Source of the DNA: Podarcis cretensis
Taxonomy: Eukaryota
DNA: 64,000 nt
Assembly (NCBI GenBank): GCA_951804945.1
Contig: OX638151.1
Span: forward strand, 81,654,001-81,718,000
Direction of reading: 5' to 3'
Position 1 is the stretch's first letter, and each line of letters begins with the position of its first letter. Shown in pieces: positions 1-12,700 of this stretch. Below the pieces are notes generated by a model. The model ran no database searches and had not been told where the DNA came from. It worked only from the letters and a program-made list of their open reading frames with translations. The position numbers were made by a program, and so were the translations under genes.

Positions 1-111
1 AAGAACTAGCATTCGAAATATGAAAAGGATGGTGAGCCAGATTTTGCCCACTATGGTAGAATGGATGTGTACTTCTTCTAGAATGCTGCCCAGCAGGTTC
101 CAGTCCCCCAT
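1..111 (-). CDS. GJA10: Gap junction alpha connexin (GJA10/Cx62-type), N-terminal part of coding exon; continues off the left edge
   Basis: Reverse complement from ATG at 111 reads [37 protein letters not shown], the classic alpha-connexin N-terminus plus TM1. Splice acceptor ttatttgtttcag ends at 128. GJA10 rather than GJA9 is assigned from synteny downstream of CASP8AP2. Confidence 0.9.
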   Translation of the reverse strand, partial: MGDWNLLGSILEEVHIHSTIVGKIWLTILFIFRMLVL

Positions 112-967
112 AGTCATGGGTTCATCCCTGAAACAAATAACAATGTAGTGTTAAACGATGAAATACCAAACTACAGTTCGGTTCTATGGGCATTGGCGCT
201 TGATCACATTTTTATCTAAAATTGTTCCTAATTCCTTTTGACACAGCTGGCACTGACTGAAATAGGATGATCAAATGAGATTTGCTGTGTTTACTTTGTG
301 AGTTGGGAACCCTATGGCCCACCATATATTGCTGAACTATAACATTCCTGATCATTGACCATGCTGACTGGGACTGAAGGGAGTTGAATAACATTTAGAT
401 AGCTACAAGTCCCCATCCACCAACCTAAAGGATCCTCTTGGGCATTACTATTTATTGCATTATTTTCTTTCTTATGCGATCTTCACCGTTGAAGACCTTC
501 AGGCTTCAAATAATAATAGGAAAGCTAGTCTCTTTCTCTCTGTCTCTCTCTCTCTCTCTCCCTCCCTCCCTCTTCCTTTCCCTGTCACCTGGTTTTCTAA
601 ACTCGGACAAATTCAACCCCATCTCAAAATATCAATAAAAAGTTGCATCTGGTAGACTGAATGTTTGAGGGGTGCCACCTATCAGCCGAGAATTTTGGAG
701 ATGAATAAAGAACGTAAGAACAAACCTGACTGGTTTGACTAAAGATGCATATAGCCCCACATTCTTTATCAAATTGCTTTTGGGTTGGTTTGTTTGTTTG
801 TTTGTTTGTTTGTTTGTTTTTGAAAGCTTACAAGCAAGGCATGAAGGTCACTTGCATCAACTGTTGCCTATCCCCGGCACCTATTACCAACAGGTATGCT
901 GCCCTATGTATCAGGTTCTATCCTGGTTTCACAAATTTGCCTAATCCCACTTTAAAGACACCTAAAG

Positions 968-1098
968 CAGGGATGGGGAACCTGTGGCTTTCCAGATGTT
1001 GGACTCCAGCTGCCATCATCCCCAGACACTATTGCCAATAGTAAGGGATTATGGGACTTGTAGTCCTGCAAAGTCTGAATGGCCCACAGGTCCCCTAT
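968..1098. mobile_element. Non-autonomous hAT-like MITE (cagggatggggaacctgtgg family)
   Basis: Imperfect terminal inverted repeats CAGGGATGGGGAACCTGTGG / CCACAGGTCCCCTATAG and an internal inverted ggactnca...tgtagtcc core. Related copies near 6043-6177, 12255-12357, 21725-21850, 27437-27540, 44640-44720 and 45715-45815. Confidence 0.6.
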
Positions 1099-1641
1099 AG
1101 CTCATCTAAACTAATGCCCATATACCCATTCTGTGGTAGCAAATTGTGTAAGTTATACACCATAGTTATACACTATAGCTATACACATAGTGCATAGATG
1201 CTGGACCACCTGTGCTCATAAGCAGGCCACCATTCCCCACCCACAAAATAGCCACACAAATGCCTATACACACCCTTTCCTTTGATTCTAACTTAAGTTT
1301 CAACCAGGAACATAATTATAAACACATAAGATCCCAATGAGACTTCCTTGTTAAGAAATGCTGTGACGGACAGATGTAAAATCTGTTCTACCTGCTGCAA
1401 CTTTTCAGTTACCTTCCTTTTTCCTCATGGTTTTAGCACCCATCTGGTTTATATAATCAGGTGCAAAGTTTAGATTAGAAAAAATGGATAAGGGGAAAAA
1501 ATGGAAATATTATTTAAACATGGCAAAATCGTAACAGAACCTAAGCAGTCATTTAAAAACCAAATAATAAAAATAAGAACTATGTAATCACCTACATATA
1601 TTTGCCTTTGAAATAAGTTCAGATATTATTTGGCTGCTTAC

Positions 1642-1698
1642 CTTAATAGTAATTCTCTTGCTCATAAGCCTCTTCAAGTATTATAAACATATCAGACC
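1642..1698 (-). other. Possible non-coding 5' UTR exon of GJA10
   Basis: Minus-strand acceptor ctcattttcag ends at 1699; strong donor AAG|GTAAGC with GT at 1641-1640. Connexin genes usually have non-coding upstream exons. No transcript evidence. Confidence 0.3.
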
Positions 1699-2675
1699 CT
1701 GAAAATGAGTATACAGCCAGAAAGCATCATTTAGAAACTTAGTTTTTCCTTTTCCTTTTTTTTAGAGCAAACTCTTAAGACAGTTTACGGTTGACACGGT
1801 GACTAGAATTCATAGTTCTGTAGCTGACAGAATAAACGAATCTGAAGTACGCAGGCAGAGTTTGATCGACTGGCTGACAAGAGGACAGTGCCTTCAGCCA
1901 GAATTATCCTGCAATTATTTTAGTCCTACCAAATCACCCCCAAGGCTTCACACATACTTCGTTACTCTGTAAGGCCACTGCTAATTTCGTTTGAACCCAA
2001 ATATGTTAGCCTTTATTGCTGAGCCAACTGGTAAATGAGTTTATTTTTTAAAATGAACAAACAGCCTCTTCACACGGATCTGGCTTCTTACGTTTTCTTT
2101 ACATTCCATTAGTTTTCATGAGAATCAATGCCTGGTGATCAATCGGTCATGTCCGATTTCATAGTCTATTGCCTAGTGGGACAGACGGGTTAGAACAGCA
2201 CTCAAGGGGAGGGGTTGAATGAGACACCAGAATAAACTGGGTTTAAAATTTGCTATGAGGAATCGAATTTCACGGATGTTGTGTTTCGTTTTGGTTGGCA
2301 TTGCTATAGCATTTATGCTTATATGGCCTTCATCTCCTTTCCTCTTCTACAATGGAAGGCAAACATCTGGCTGAGCTGGCTTAAAGACAGACGTTATGTG
2401 TATTTTAATGAACTGAATAGAAAGATTACAAATCATGGGGACATGGAGAGAGTTTGTGTGTGAACTTAACAGAGCTTACTTAACTTATATTTTTAGTTGT
2501 TATTCTGTTAATTTTGTTCTATAAATTATAAGTGCCATATTGATTTGGTAATCATATGTCTTTTGCTATAATTGTGGTTTTGTGTGTTGTTGTTTTTTTA
2601 ATTGCTGCTTTTAATATGTTTTATACTATAGATTGCAATTGCTTGATTGTAATTGCCTTATCGGTAGTTGAGTCC

Positions 2676-2898
2676 GCCCTGTGGAATGCCCTCCTATCAG
2701 ATGTAAAGGAAATAAACATCTATCCATCTTTTAGAAGACACCTGAAGGCAGCCCTGTATAGGGAAGCTTTTAATGTTTGGTGTTTTACTGTGGTTTTATA
2801 GTTTGTTGGAAGCCACCCAGAGTGGCTGGGGCAACCCAGTCAGATGGGCGGCATATGCAATTATTATTATTATTATTAGTAGTAGTAGTAGTAGTAGC
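2676..2898 (+). mobile_element. 3' end of an L2/CR1-type LINE with (TTA)n/(GTA)n tail
   Basis: Translates to LWNALLSDVKEINIYPSFRRHLKAALYREAF, typical of an L2/CR1 ORF2 C-terminus, followed by a 3' UTR (gccacccagagtggctggggcaacccagtcagatgggcgg) and a microsatellite tail. The same tail occurs reversed at about 7890-8030 and 18869-18995. Confidence 0.7.
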
Positions 2899-4823
2899 AG
2901 TTAATTTTTTTATGATTTTTCTGTATCTGTGGTGTTATTCTCTTAACTGTTATTTATTGTTTGTTAGCCGCTTTGGGATTTATTTGAATGAAAAGCAGCA
3001 TAGAAATACGATAAGTCAAAGAAAACTGTAATAAGCACTTTTGTGTTTTCCCCACTCCCATCCCAAAGTCTCCTCATTTTGTGCAACAATATTAATTAAT
3101 GAAAAGAAGCAGGGCTATGAAGTCAGCTATGTTAATTGTGTGGTCATTTATTGTATGACATGAAGCAGAAAGAGAAAGCATATTGAAGTCTTCTGCTTGT
3201 GGAATTGCTGTTTGTATAACTATAGCCTTAGGTACTTGGCAACCTCTGCCTATGATGGCCATAGGATTCCAGTTAACCCTCCATTCACTTCTACAGTGTT
3301 TGCAGCTGCATAATATTTTGAGGATCCACTCTATGTCTGATTGCAATTCAATGAGGTTTAGGGAAAAGAGAGATATGAATACTCACTTCTGGTACAGTCT
3401 TGAATGACTTCCTGGGATTACAGTATTCTAGATAAGCAGGCTGTAGATTAAACTTCATCTCCAGAAATTATTATCTGACAATGAGAAGCTACTGGAGCCC
3501 TTTAACCCATCTATAGCACTGAAGACTAACAGACTTATAGCGGCATAAGATTTCATTGACTAGAGCGCTTTGTCAGATGAAGTATCCTCCTTCGTTGGTA
3601 AATATACACACACAGCTTAACTACACATGCAATATATGTCTGTCACCTGTAACATGTTGAGGTCTTTTTTAAAAAAAGTACGGTGGGGAGGGGAACTGAG
3701 TTTTGAATTGGATTTTGGGGAAGTGTAACCCTTTCCTTGCTCACTGTGATTCTGACAAAAAATGGCAACAGGGAGGAAAAGGTGATCGAATTGGAAGCCC
3801 AAAACATCTGGAGGGCACCAGGGTTGGCAAAGGCTAGCCTAAAATGAATAGAATTGTTTGTTGCTAAATTCTACTTCATCAATTTCACACCAGAGTTTCC
3901 CTTTGAAGTGCTGTCACTGAGGTACAGCAATTTTAAGAAATGATGTCTTCTGGGAGAGAGAGAAAAAACCGTTTCCCCACAGGTTTGTTAATGTTGCAGT
4001 TTTCAACATCACCATTCACCAGTTCTTAAACCACGTAACTTTATTTTGGCGCTTGATGACTGAAGAACTACTTCTGTGGTAAATGACAATTTGCTGCATG
4101 GCATTCTTGGTGGAAATATGTATAATACTTGAAGTAACCACTGACTGTCCTTCACAAAGAGAACCTGATGCCACTTAAGTGTTCTCTAAATAGAGCTGGT
4201 TAGATTAAGAGAGCAAGGTACACTGGAAAAAAATCACAAATGAAGCACCATGCACACATATTTATCCATTATTTACCTGGTCTAGTATAGTAGCTAGGAG
4301 ATAGGAAATCCCAGCCTTTGCCATTAACTCATCAAATAGGCTTAGCCATGCCACTATCTTCCTGCCTCAATACACCATCTGGCAATACAAATTAGGCAGA
4401 AATGATTCTTATCCTCAGTGGTTCTCTGGTGCTGGAGAGAGTAGTGGGAATGGCACTAGTGGTGATAAGGATAGGTTAGATTGTTGGGAAGCACTGACCA
4501 ATAAGCGTGCATGCAGCCGTGCGCACATGCTGGACATGGGTTCTCTCTGATGAAGGCCCATTTTCTGCATGTGAGACCTAGCAGAGGCGAATCTTGATGA
4601 AGACTGTTCTCGCTAGATCAGAGAACCCTCACTCGAAGCAAGCCTCCATGATTTCAATTTCAGTGGAACATAGTACAAGTGCTGGGCTTGGCACTGGAAT
4701 ATTATGACATATGTTACCCTTTATGTATCATACCCTGTACTGAAAAGGTATCATACCCTGTACTGAAAAAGGGGGGGGGGGGAATACAGCAACACATGTT
4801 ATAAAAAACACTTCAAGTCAATG

Positions 4824-4829
4824 TTTAAT
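4824..4829 (-). terminator. Candidate CASP8AP2 polyadenylation signal (ATTAAA)
   Basis: Plus-strand TTTAAT equals ATTAAA on the minus strand. It is followed by a GU/U-rich tract (tgacttgaagtgttttttat) and preceded by an AU-rich, UGUA-rich segment. Confidence 0.45.
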
Positions 4830-6706
4830 GAATATTAAGTGCATTCATTTTACAAAGTTTGGGGTTTTAACGGTGTGCAGTATTTAGTAGATACAAAATA
4901 AAACTTGTTTTATGTAATCAAAAATGTTCAGGTAAAGAACAATATTTTACACATTAGAGAATCTGTACAGGTATTTACAGAAGTGTCTCGTTTAAACTCT
5001 ACTATTTACACACACAAACACACATATCCAGATCAGAACGGCAGTAAGTGACTTTAAGAAATGAGTTTTCACCTTTTTATAAGATTGTTTTCTTTCTGAA
5101 ATAAAAGGCTGGGGAGCCACTTAGGGCTTTTCCTGCTGTGCATATGTTCAGCAGAAATAGCTGCCAAAACAAGACCCTCACTTCTCTAAAGGTTAGGACT
5201 TATTAGGGCAGAGGCGTCTATCAATTTCTCTGGATTACCTGCAATTAAAATTTTGAACCTCTTAATTTAAGCACCTTTGAATTTACATATTCGGATTCTA
5301 CACTTAGTTCATAAAATGTTGAAAGTATGTTGTAAAGGGAAGCAATACTTTTAAGCTAACACGAAATGGCAATTGTAGTTTAACTGCAAAAGTTGGCTTT
5401 TTAAATACAAATAATTGTGCATACAGGTTCCAAATAATTGCTCTGCTTGGCTGCAATGCTAAGCCACAAATTATGGCTTCTCTAATCACACTCATCGCCC
5501 ATTAGTAAAATTGGTGAACAAAAACGGAGTGGCTGGCTTAGCAGCACTTCTGGTTTCTTTTCTCCAAACCATGACTGGGAAGGCAAAAAGAAACTTTGGC
5601 TTCAGACTATGGTTTATTGTGATGGGAAAACCATAAGCACTGGTTGGGACATAATGCTAAGCCAGGAGCTCTGTGGTTTGTTTCCCAGGTGAACTAATGG
5701 AAGAGTGAAGCAGGAAAACTTGAGTTGTGTGCACAGTACGGTTAAACAAGCCATATTTCATGGTTTAGCATTATTTCTAATGCTGCCATTGTGTTGGCTC
5801 ATCTGAGGAAACACTTGCAAATACTGATGTATTCCTGCCAAAATTTGCTAACTTTGTATGATCTATAATAAGGACTGTATGTACAGTACATCTTTGAACA
5901 AATGCCATTGGGTAATATACTGCAAAGTTTCACAATCTGTGTTTGTGCTTTCTGAAAACTGAGAGAAAAGAGGAGTCTGTTGTTTAACAACCAACCCTCT
6001 TGTGTTTTCTAGTGGTCAACATTTCTCTGTGACATTCTAAATCAGGGTGGGGAATCTATGGCCCCCCAGATATTGTTGGACTACAATGCCCATTGTCCTG
6101 ACTACTGACCAGGATGGTAAGGGCTGATGGAAGTTGGGAATCCAACAACTTCTGGAAGGCAACAGGTTCGCCGTCTGTTTTTAAATCAATAGCATGAGGT
6201 GTTTCAGCTCAAAGAATTCAACTTCCCATGTGCTAGGAATTGATCATCTGCTGTCCCCAAAGTTTTAATAAAATAATGGCTTCAGACACAGTGGAATGCA
6301 GAGGAACGAGAAGTACTATAGTGTCTTGCACTTCAACTCCCCCTAACCGTTCTTTATAATCCCAAATGAAACTTCTAAGGAGAGATATGAAAGTTTCACT
6401 CTAGGCAATTCAGGTAACAGGAAAGACAGGTTGTATGCACTTCCTGTTTCCTCTGTGCTCTCTAATATGCAAGGCTGCTCAAGGACACTAATAGGTCCAA
6501 CAGATCTGTTTGATACCTTCAAAAAAAAATTTGAGAAAGCAGGGCATTATTATGAAATCTGTGGGCATAAAAGGTGCATTTTAAGTCTACCTAAATGGAG
6601 AAGCAACAAACAGTTATTCTGACTTCTCTCTCTCTCACACACACACACATGCACACAGTGCACATAAACTCATAGCAGTCCATTCTTAGTAGCAATAGTA
6701 TAGCCA

Positions 6707-9700
6707 CTAGCTGCAGTTTGACATCTTGAATAGTTTCAGCAGCTGCTTGAATCTTTCTTCAACCTGTGGAGAGAAAGCAAAGAGTCTAAAAGTTATTTCC
6801 CTAAAAATAAAGTATGCTTTTTTTCTCACACATGTGCAGATATGAACATGAACATATCCCATCAGTTCTGATTACTGAAAAGTGCAACTACAATCATGGA
6901 AATGCTGCCAGCCTTTTCAGCGATTGCTCAGCTCACGTGCATACTTCAGGTAGGACACCCTTGCCAATATGGAGAAGCAACATTATGTATTGAATGGCCT
7001 CAGTATATGTAGATGTGAACATTCCCTCATCTTGAACAGACTAAAGTGGGTTATGTAGGCTTTCATAAAAAAGGATTTCCACAGTTTAAAGGCACCAGAG
7101 GTATAAATCTATTGATTCCTGTCTTGTGTCTGAATATTGCATATCCACATGCAGCATCATTAGTAAGACTGCCACCTCAGAATAAACAAGTCTCCGCCCC
7201 CACTTCAGACTTTATGTATATCTTTTATGGCATGGTATATACCCAAAGGGTTATATAAGATCAAATAAAATTACATGTAAAGCCTATATGGATGTAATAT
7301 TACTTTTCATATAAATATATTTTAAAAATTAACTTCCTTTCTACCAATCATTTCTTTAGTCTGTAGAACAATCTGAATTTTGACACATCTTTTCTGATAC
7401 ATTTTTTCTCCTAAGAAATGTTAATGAATTCAGTAGAGTGTCATGGGGTTATATTTCTGAAGATGTGCACTGCTCAACCAGACCGAAACACAGTTACACT
7501 TGTGTGCGAGGGAGGTTCAAACACAATTGCTTACCAAAATACGTACCTGAGATGGACTTTTATTTAACCTGACAGCAACAGAAGCAAATGTTTTTCCTGA
7601 AGGTCCTTTTTTCTGACATTCCAATAGAATCTCCCGGTCATCATTTCTATAATAAGCATACAAGGGTAACTTCAACATCTGAACACTGTTTTGATCTAAG
7701 TCTATCTATGTCTATTGCACTTCACACAGCAATGTTGTAACTCGAAATAAGTTCTTAAAAGTCTGTTAATGAAGACAAACAGAATTCTGAAGGCTAACAG
7801 CAATTGCCCAAACCCTCCCTTATAAACTAGATGATACCCATTATGTTCACGCCATTCTGAAGCTTCTTCGGAACAGTGATGATCACCTTATAATAATAAT
7901 AATTAACAACAACAACAACAATTTATTACTTGTACCCCTCCCATCTGACTGACTTGCCCCAGCCACTTGGGGCAGCTTCTAACAAAATGTAACAGAATAC
8001 AGCGAAAACATCAGACATTAAAAACTCTGTTCAATGGCTTTGAGGTCAGGTTTTCTCTCTCAAAAAAAAAAAAAAAAAAAAAAACCCCACAAAAAACCCA
8101 AAACAGATTGAATGGTTGCCCTTGGGTTTCATTTGGATATGAAAAATTATTTGTAAAACAAAGTAAAAGCTTATACTTTCTAATTACTTTGCACCATTGC
8201 TCAATGAAGCAAATGGAAATAAAGCAAGGATTTCCATTTGGGACTATATTAGGCTTCATGATTTACTGCTAAATGCAGACATTTTCCACAAAGAAAGTAT
8301 ACACAATACAATGAACCCTGTCAAGACAAGAGGCCACAATTCAACCCACCAGGTGCTCACTTGGGCTTCCAAGTTTCCCCCTCTCAATCAATTTACTGTC
8401 CCTACCTTCCACTTCAGAAAACCTAGTTTCAACTGCAATGTAAAAACAAGACTACATATTTGCCTTTCCTGATTCAAGAGACAGGTCAACAAAGCTGAAC
8501 GTACAACCAAGAAAAAATGTTTGCTAGGGTAATAATGCCCATGCCACAGAATGCAGAAATGTATCACTCTATCTCCAACTGTTATACACTTCCAGACCTC
8601 CCTTATTCATCCCATTGATTCGGTTTTTGGTTTTGGTTTTGTATTCTTACCTTGTCCAAGAAATCACAACTTCCCCTTTTTTCTTAATGATGTTTTTGGC
8701 ACACAGACTTGAGGGTGTCAGGGAGGATGTTGATGGTAAAGAATCTTTGTCTCCGACTGATGCAGTTTTATTACTGGATGTGTCTGTGGTCACTGAAGTA
8801 ATCTCTTTAGACCTTTTGCTGTTTTTTTTACAAGCCAATTCACTACTCTCCTTTCTTTGTCTTTTTGCATTGGATGTATCTTCTGTCTCTTTTTTTCTTT
8901 TTTTCCTTTCTTTTTTTTCACATCCCAGGCCACTAGTATTTAGAGTAGTACCTGTTTCAAAATTCTCATCTGCTGTACACTTGTCAGGCGGATGCTCTGT
9001 CAAATTTACAACTGCTTCAACATCATGCTTTGGATGATCATCTGCTACATGGTGGTTCACTGTCTTCTCCTCCTCTTTATCTTTACATAAGCCTCCCATT
9101 CTAGCATTTGAAGCACGTTTCACTGTAAGATCCCATGAATCAACTTCATTTTCTATGGGAGTCTCATCAGTCAAGTCTACACATATATCAAAATGGGTCT
9201 CAGAAGACAACTTTTCTACAAGGGAAACTGCTGCACAGCTAATTGGAGAATGTTCTAATTCAGCACAAGATGCATCTCTTTTTTGAAAAACTTTCACGGT
9301 GTGTGCCTGAGGTAGTGTAAACACTTCAGGTGTGTCCTCATGCTGGCTAGTTTTAATCAAGGATTCTAAAGTTCTCCCTGGTTCTTTAGGTGACTCTTGC
9401 AAATCAGTGGCTTCTTCTGGGCCAGCACCACTGTGCAACACCTGATGGGGCCCAAGTAAATCAGGGCCTTGAGTCTGACTGGCATTAGTATATTGCTCCT
9501 GAAGCAATTCAGACGCTGCAAGATTGCAAGGTCGTTCTTCTCTGGCATTCCTGAACAGGTCCTCTACAGATTCAAGTGCCTCATTCGGGGCATCAGAATG
9601 AGGTTCCTGTTGGGGTTCAGAAAGATGAGGAACCTGATCGTTTGCAAGGCACAGAGGTGGCTCCTTCTCAGACCCCAGCAAATGAGTAACTTGTCTCTCT

Positions 9701-12700
9701 CCAACATCATTCAGCTTACCCTCAGAGTCAATAATCTTTAAATTTTCCTTAGATGTTGCTGTATCTTCCAAAGGAATGCTTTTGAGGTCCAAAGTATCTA
9801 ATTTTTCTTTCAACACTATTTCCTTGTTTCCTGCCCCACTAGAAGAGGTCAGTGGTTCATTTGCTAGAGTAGGCTGTTCAAGGACTGGTGAGGTAGATGG
9901 TGCGGCACGCCTTATTTTAACAATAAAGTGGTCATTTGATTTCTCCATTATTACTGCCTGCATTGGAAGGCTTGGGCAATACTGAAATCCAGGAGCAGGA
10001 GGTATACTTGCCCATGATGAAGAACAGCTTGATTTGCTGCTTGAATTATCGGATTCCAAAGCCAAATGGATGTCCTGTTCAGAAGCATCCTCCTCTTCAA
10101 GATGGGCATCTTCACTGAAGTGTGCGCTCAGAACATCCTCAGGAACTGAGCCATACATGTCAGGTTTCAAGAAGCTAAGATGAGCATCTGACTTCAAAGG
10201 GGAGGGAATAGTCAACGACACAGCTAGGTCTTCCAGAAGAATAGAAGAGACAAGTGATTTTGGTTTCTCTGAAATGCACTCCTCACCTTTCTTCAAAGCA
10301 GGACTAGTAGGAATTTCAAACATACAGCTTTCATCAAGAATATCTGGATCAATTGGCATCTGCAGCCTAGCTAAAAAAGCTGAATCTCTTTCAGGTGAAA
10401 CTATAGGCCATTTAATTCCATCTAGTACTCTTGACTCAACTCCAGTCTCTCTTGGAATCTGCTCTTCGGTCTCATATGGAGGCTCATTCACACAGTTCTG
10501 GCCATCTTGGGTGTGTTTTTCTGGTGTCCTGAACTCCCACTGATTGTCATTGATAAAGTCACCATTTTTTTCTGAAAGGTCAGAGCCTTGTAACAAACTT
10601 TTGAACATTTCACCCATTTGAGCGTCATTCACCAGGTTGAATGTCAGGCCAGACATCTGCTGTTCTGTGAGAGGTCCACAGCTAATATCAGACTTGTGAG
10701 AGTCTCCAATCATATGCAATCTTTCATTTTCATTTTTTCCACCGTTCAAAGAAGTGTCTGACATGGAGCTTTCCTTGAAAGGTTCAGCTTCAGTCCGAGA
10801 ATGTTTTGGGTTAACAGTATGGGAACTTCTACATTTTGCAGTCACATTTTTCTGTGTACTCATTTTGTTTGTGTTATGGTGACCTCGCTTCAATAGCTGG
10901 TTACCTGCTACTGGTTTTGATGGGGCACATTCTTCAGGCCTTTGCATTCTAGCATTTAAGGCTGGTTTCTTTGATTTCTGTCTGTCAATTTTATTTTTAT
11001 GATTTATAAGGCATTTGGGGCTTTCTTTCTTTCTTTTATCAAGCTTACCTTCATCACTTTCATTTCCAAAGCTTACCAAGGTACATAGCTTTAGAATAAT
11101 TTTTTTTATTTTATCAAATAAGTAGTCAAGCTGCTCGTCCACAAGTTTCCACAACTTTTTCTTCATATCGGATTGCTGCTGTTCAAAGAGATGCTCTATT
11201 GCACTATTCTCTTTGATCCGATTAAGTTTATATTCTATAACTTCACAGAGGTTCAGCTTTAAAGCCTCACTAGATTTAGACATTTTAGAGAAGTCAAGGT
11301 ATTTTACCAGAGATGTAAAGTTCAAAATAGCTGAATCTATGATCCTATGAAAATGCTGTACTGGAAATTGTATCTTAAACTTCATGTAGCTTTTCCGTAC
11401 TTGCTTTCTTATAGCTTTCAGCATCTGCATGAACTCATGCACTGTAGAAGGTACAACAATAATTTGAACTATTTTTTCAAGACTGTCAATGCTCACAGTT
11501 TTAATTTTCTTTACTTCATTGGAGCGCATTATAGTTCCATCTTTGGGATTTTCTTTATTTTTCCCCCCAGAAGACAATTTTCCTGTATCTTCTCTGGAAG
11601 ATGTTGTCCTGACCTTGTGGTTGCAAGTACTCTTGGCCAAATTAGATCTATCTGGAGATGCTTTTCTTCTTGTTTTTTTACTATTTTCAGAGCTGGCTTC
11701 TATTTTAGGCTCATCATTGTCACTTACAATTTCACCTTCTTCTAATTCATCTGAGGACATGCTTAGCTGAGACTCCTCTAAGATTTGATGATCTGAGCAA
11801 AGAGGCTTTTGATTTTCCTTGTTCAGTTCACTGGACTGGTTCCTTCCAGGATAGACAACTGCATTTTCTGGAACAAAATCTAGAAATAATGAAACAATTT
11901 GTTAATTAAGCAGCCCAAAGTAGCAAGCCTCAAAACAAATTCCAATGACAGTATAATAGTTAATTTTAGTTTAGAACAGTGAACATAATTGTTTAGAAGT
12001 GCCAGTAGCTCTAGGCGATGCATTTTAGCAGAGGACAGGCAGCTTTTGGAAGAAGAGCTAGATTTTTAAAAAAAATTCAGCATGGAAACAGTTTTTATAT
12101 ATCAAGTTCAAAATCTTGAAATTGCAAGATTAAGCCCAAAGGCACTTTTAATTATTACTGCCTCCAAAACTAGTGGGTAAGAAACTGTGCAAAGAGTTCT
12201 GCCAGAATGTGGGTTACACTCTGTAGCTTAAGGTGGCTTGCAATTCTAATTTTCAAGAGTGGGGAAACCCTTTAGATGCTGTTGGACCCCAACGCCCCAG
12301 GGTTGATGGAAGCTGTAGTCCAGCAGCATCAGAGGGTCATGGGTTTGCCACTACTGCCTTAAACAGTTTCCTCCTATGTAATCAGTTTGAATCAGAGGGT
12401 CATGGGTTTGCCACTACTGCCTTAAACAGTTTCCTCCTATGTAATCAGTTTGAATAAATATCTACCTCAGAGCTAGCAGACTGAAAGCTAAGTCTTACTC
12501 CCCACTGAATTTAAACAGGACAGTCAGTAGCCCAGTGTCAGAATATTTGCTTTAAACACAGAAGGTCTGAAGTTCAATCCCTGGCATCTCTAGGTAAGGC
12601 TGGGAGAGACTCTTGTCTGAAATCTTGTAAAGCCACAGCCACTCAACGTGGCCAAAACTGAACTAGATGGGCAAAGCCTCAATATAAGGCAGCTTCGTTA

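Noticed and set aside
4725-4769. 22-bp direct repeat (a similar one lies at about 26464-26507)
   Set aside because: Two-copy local slippage duplications with no spacers; not CRISPR-like and no evident function.
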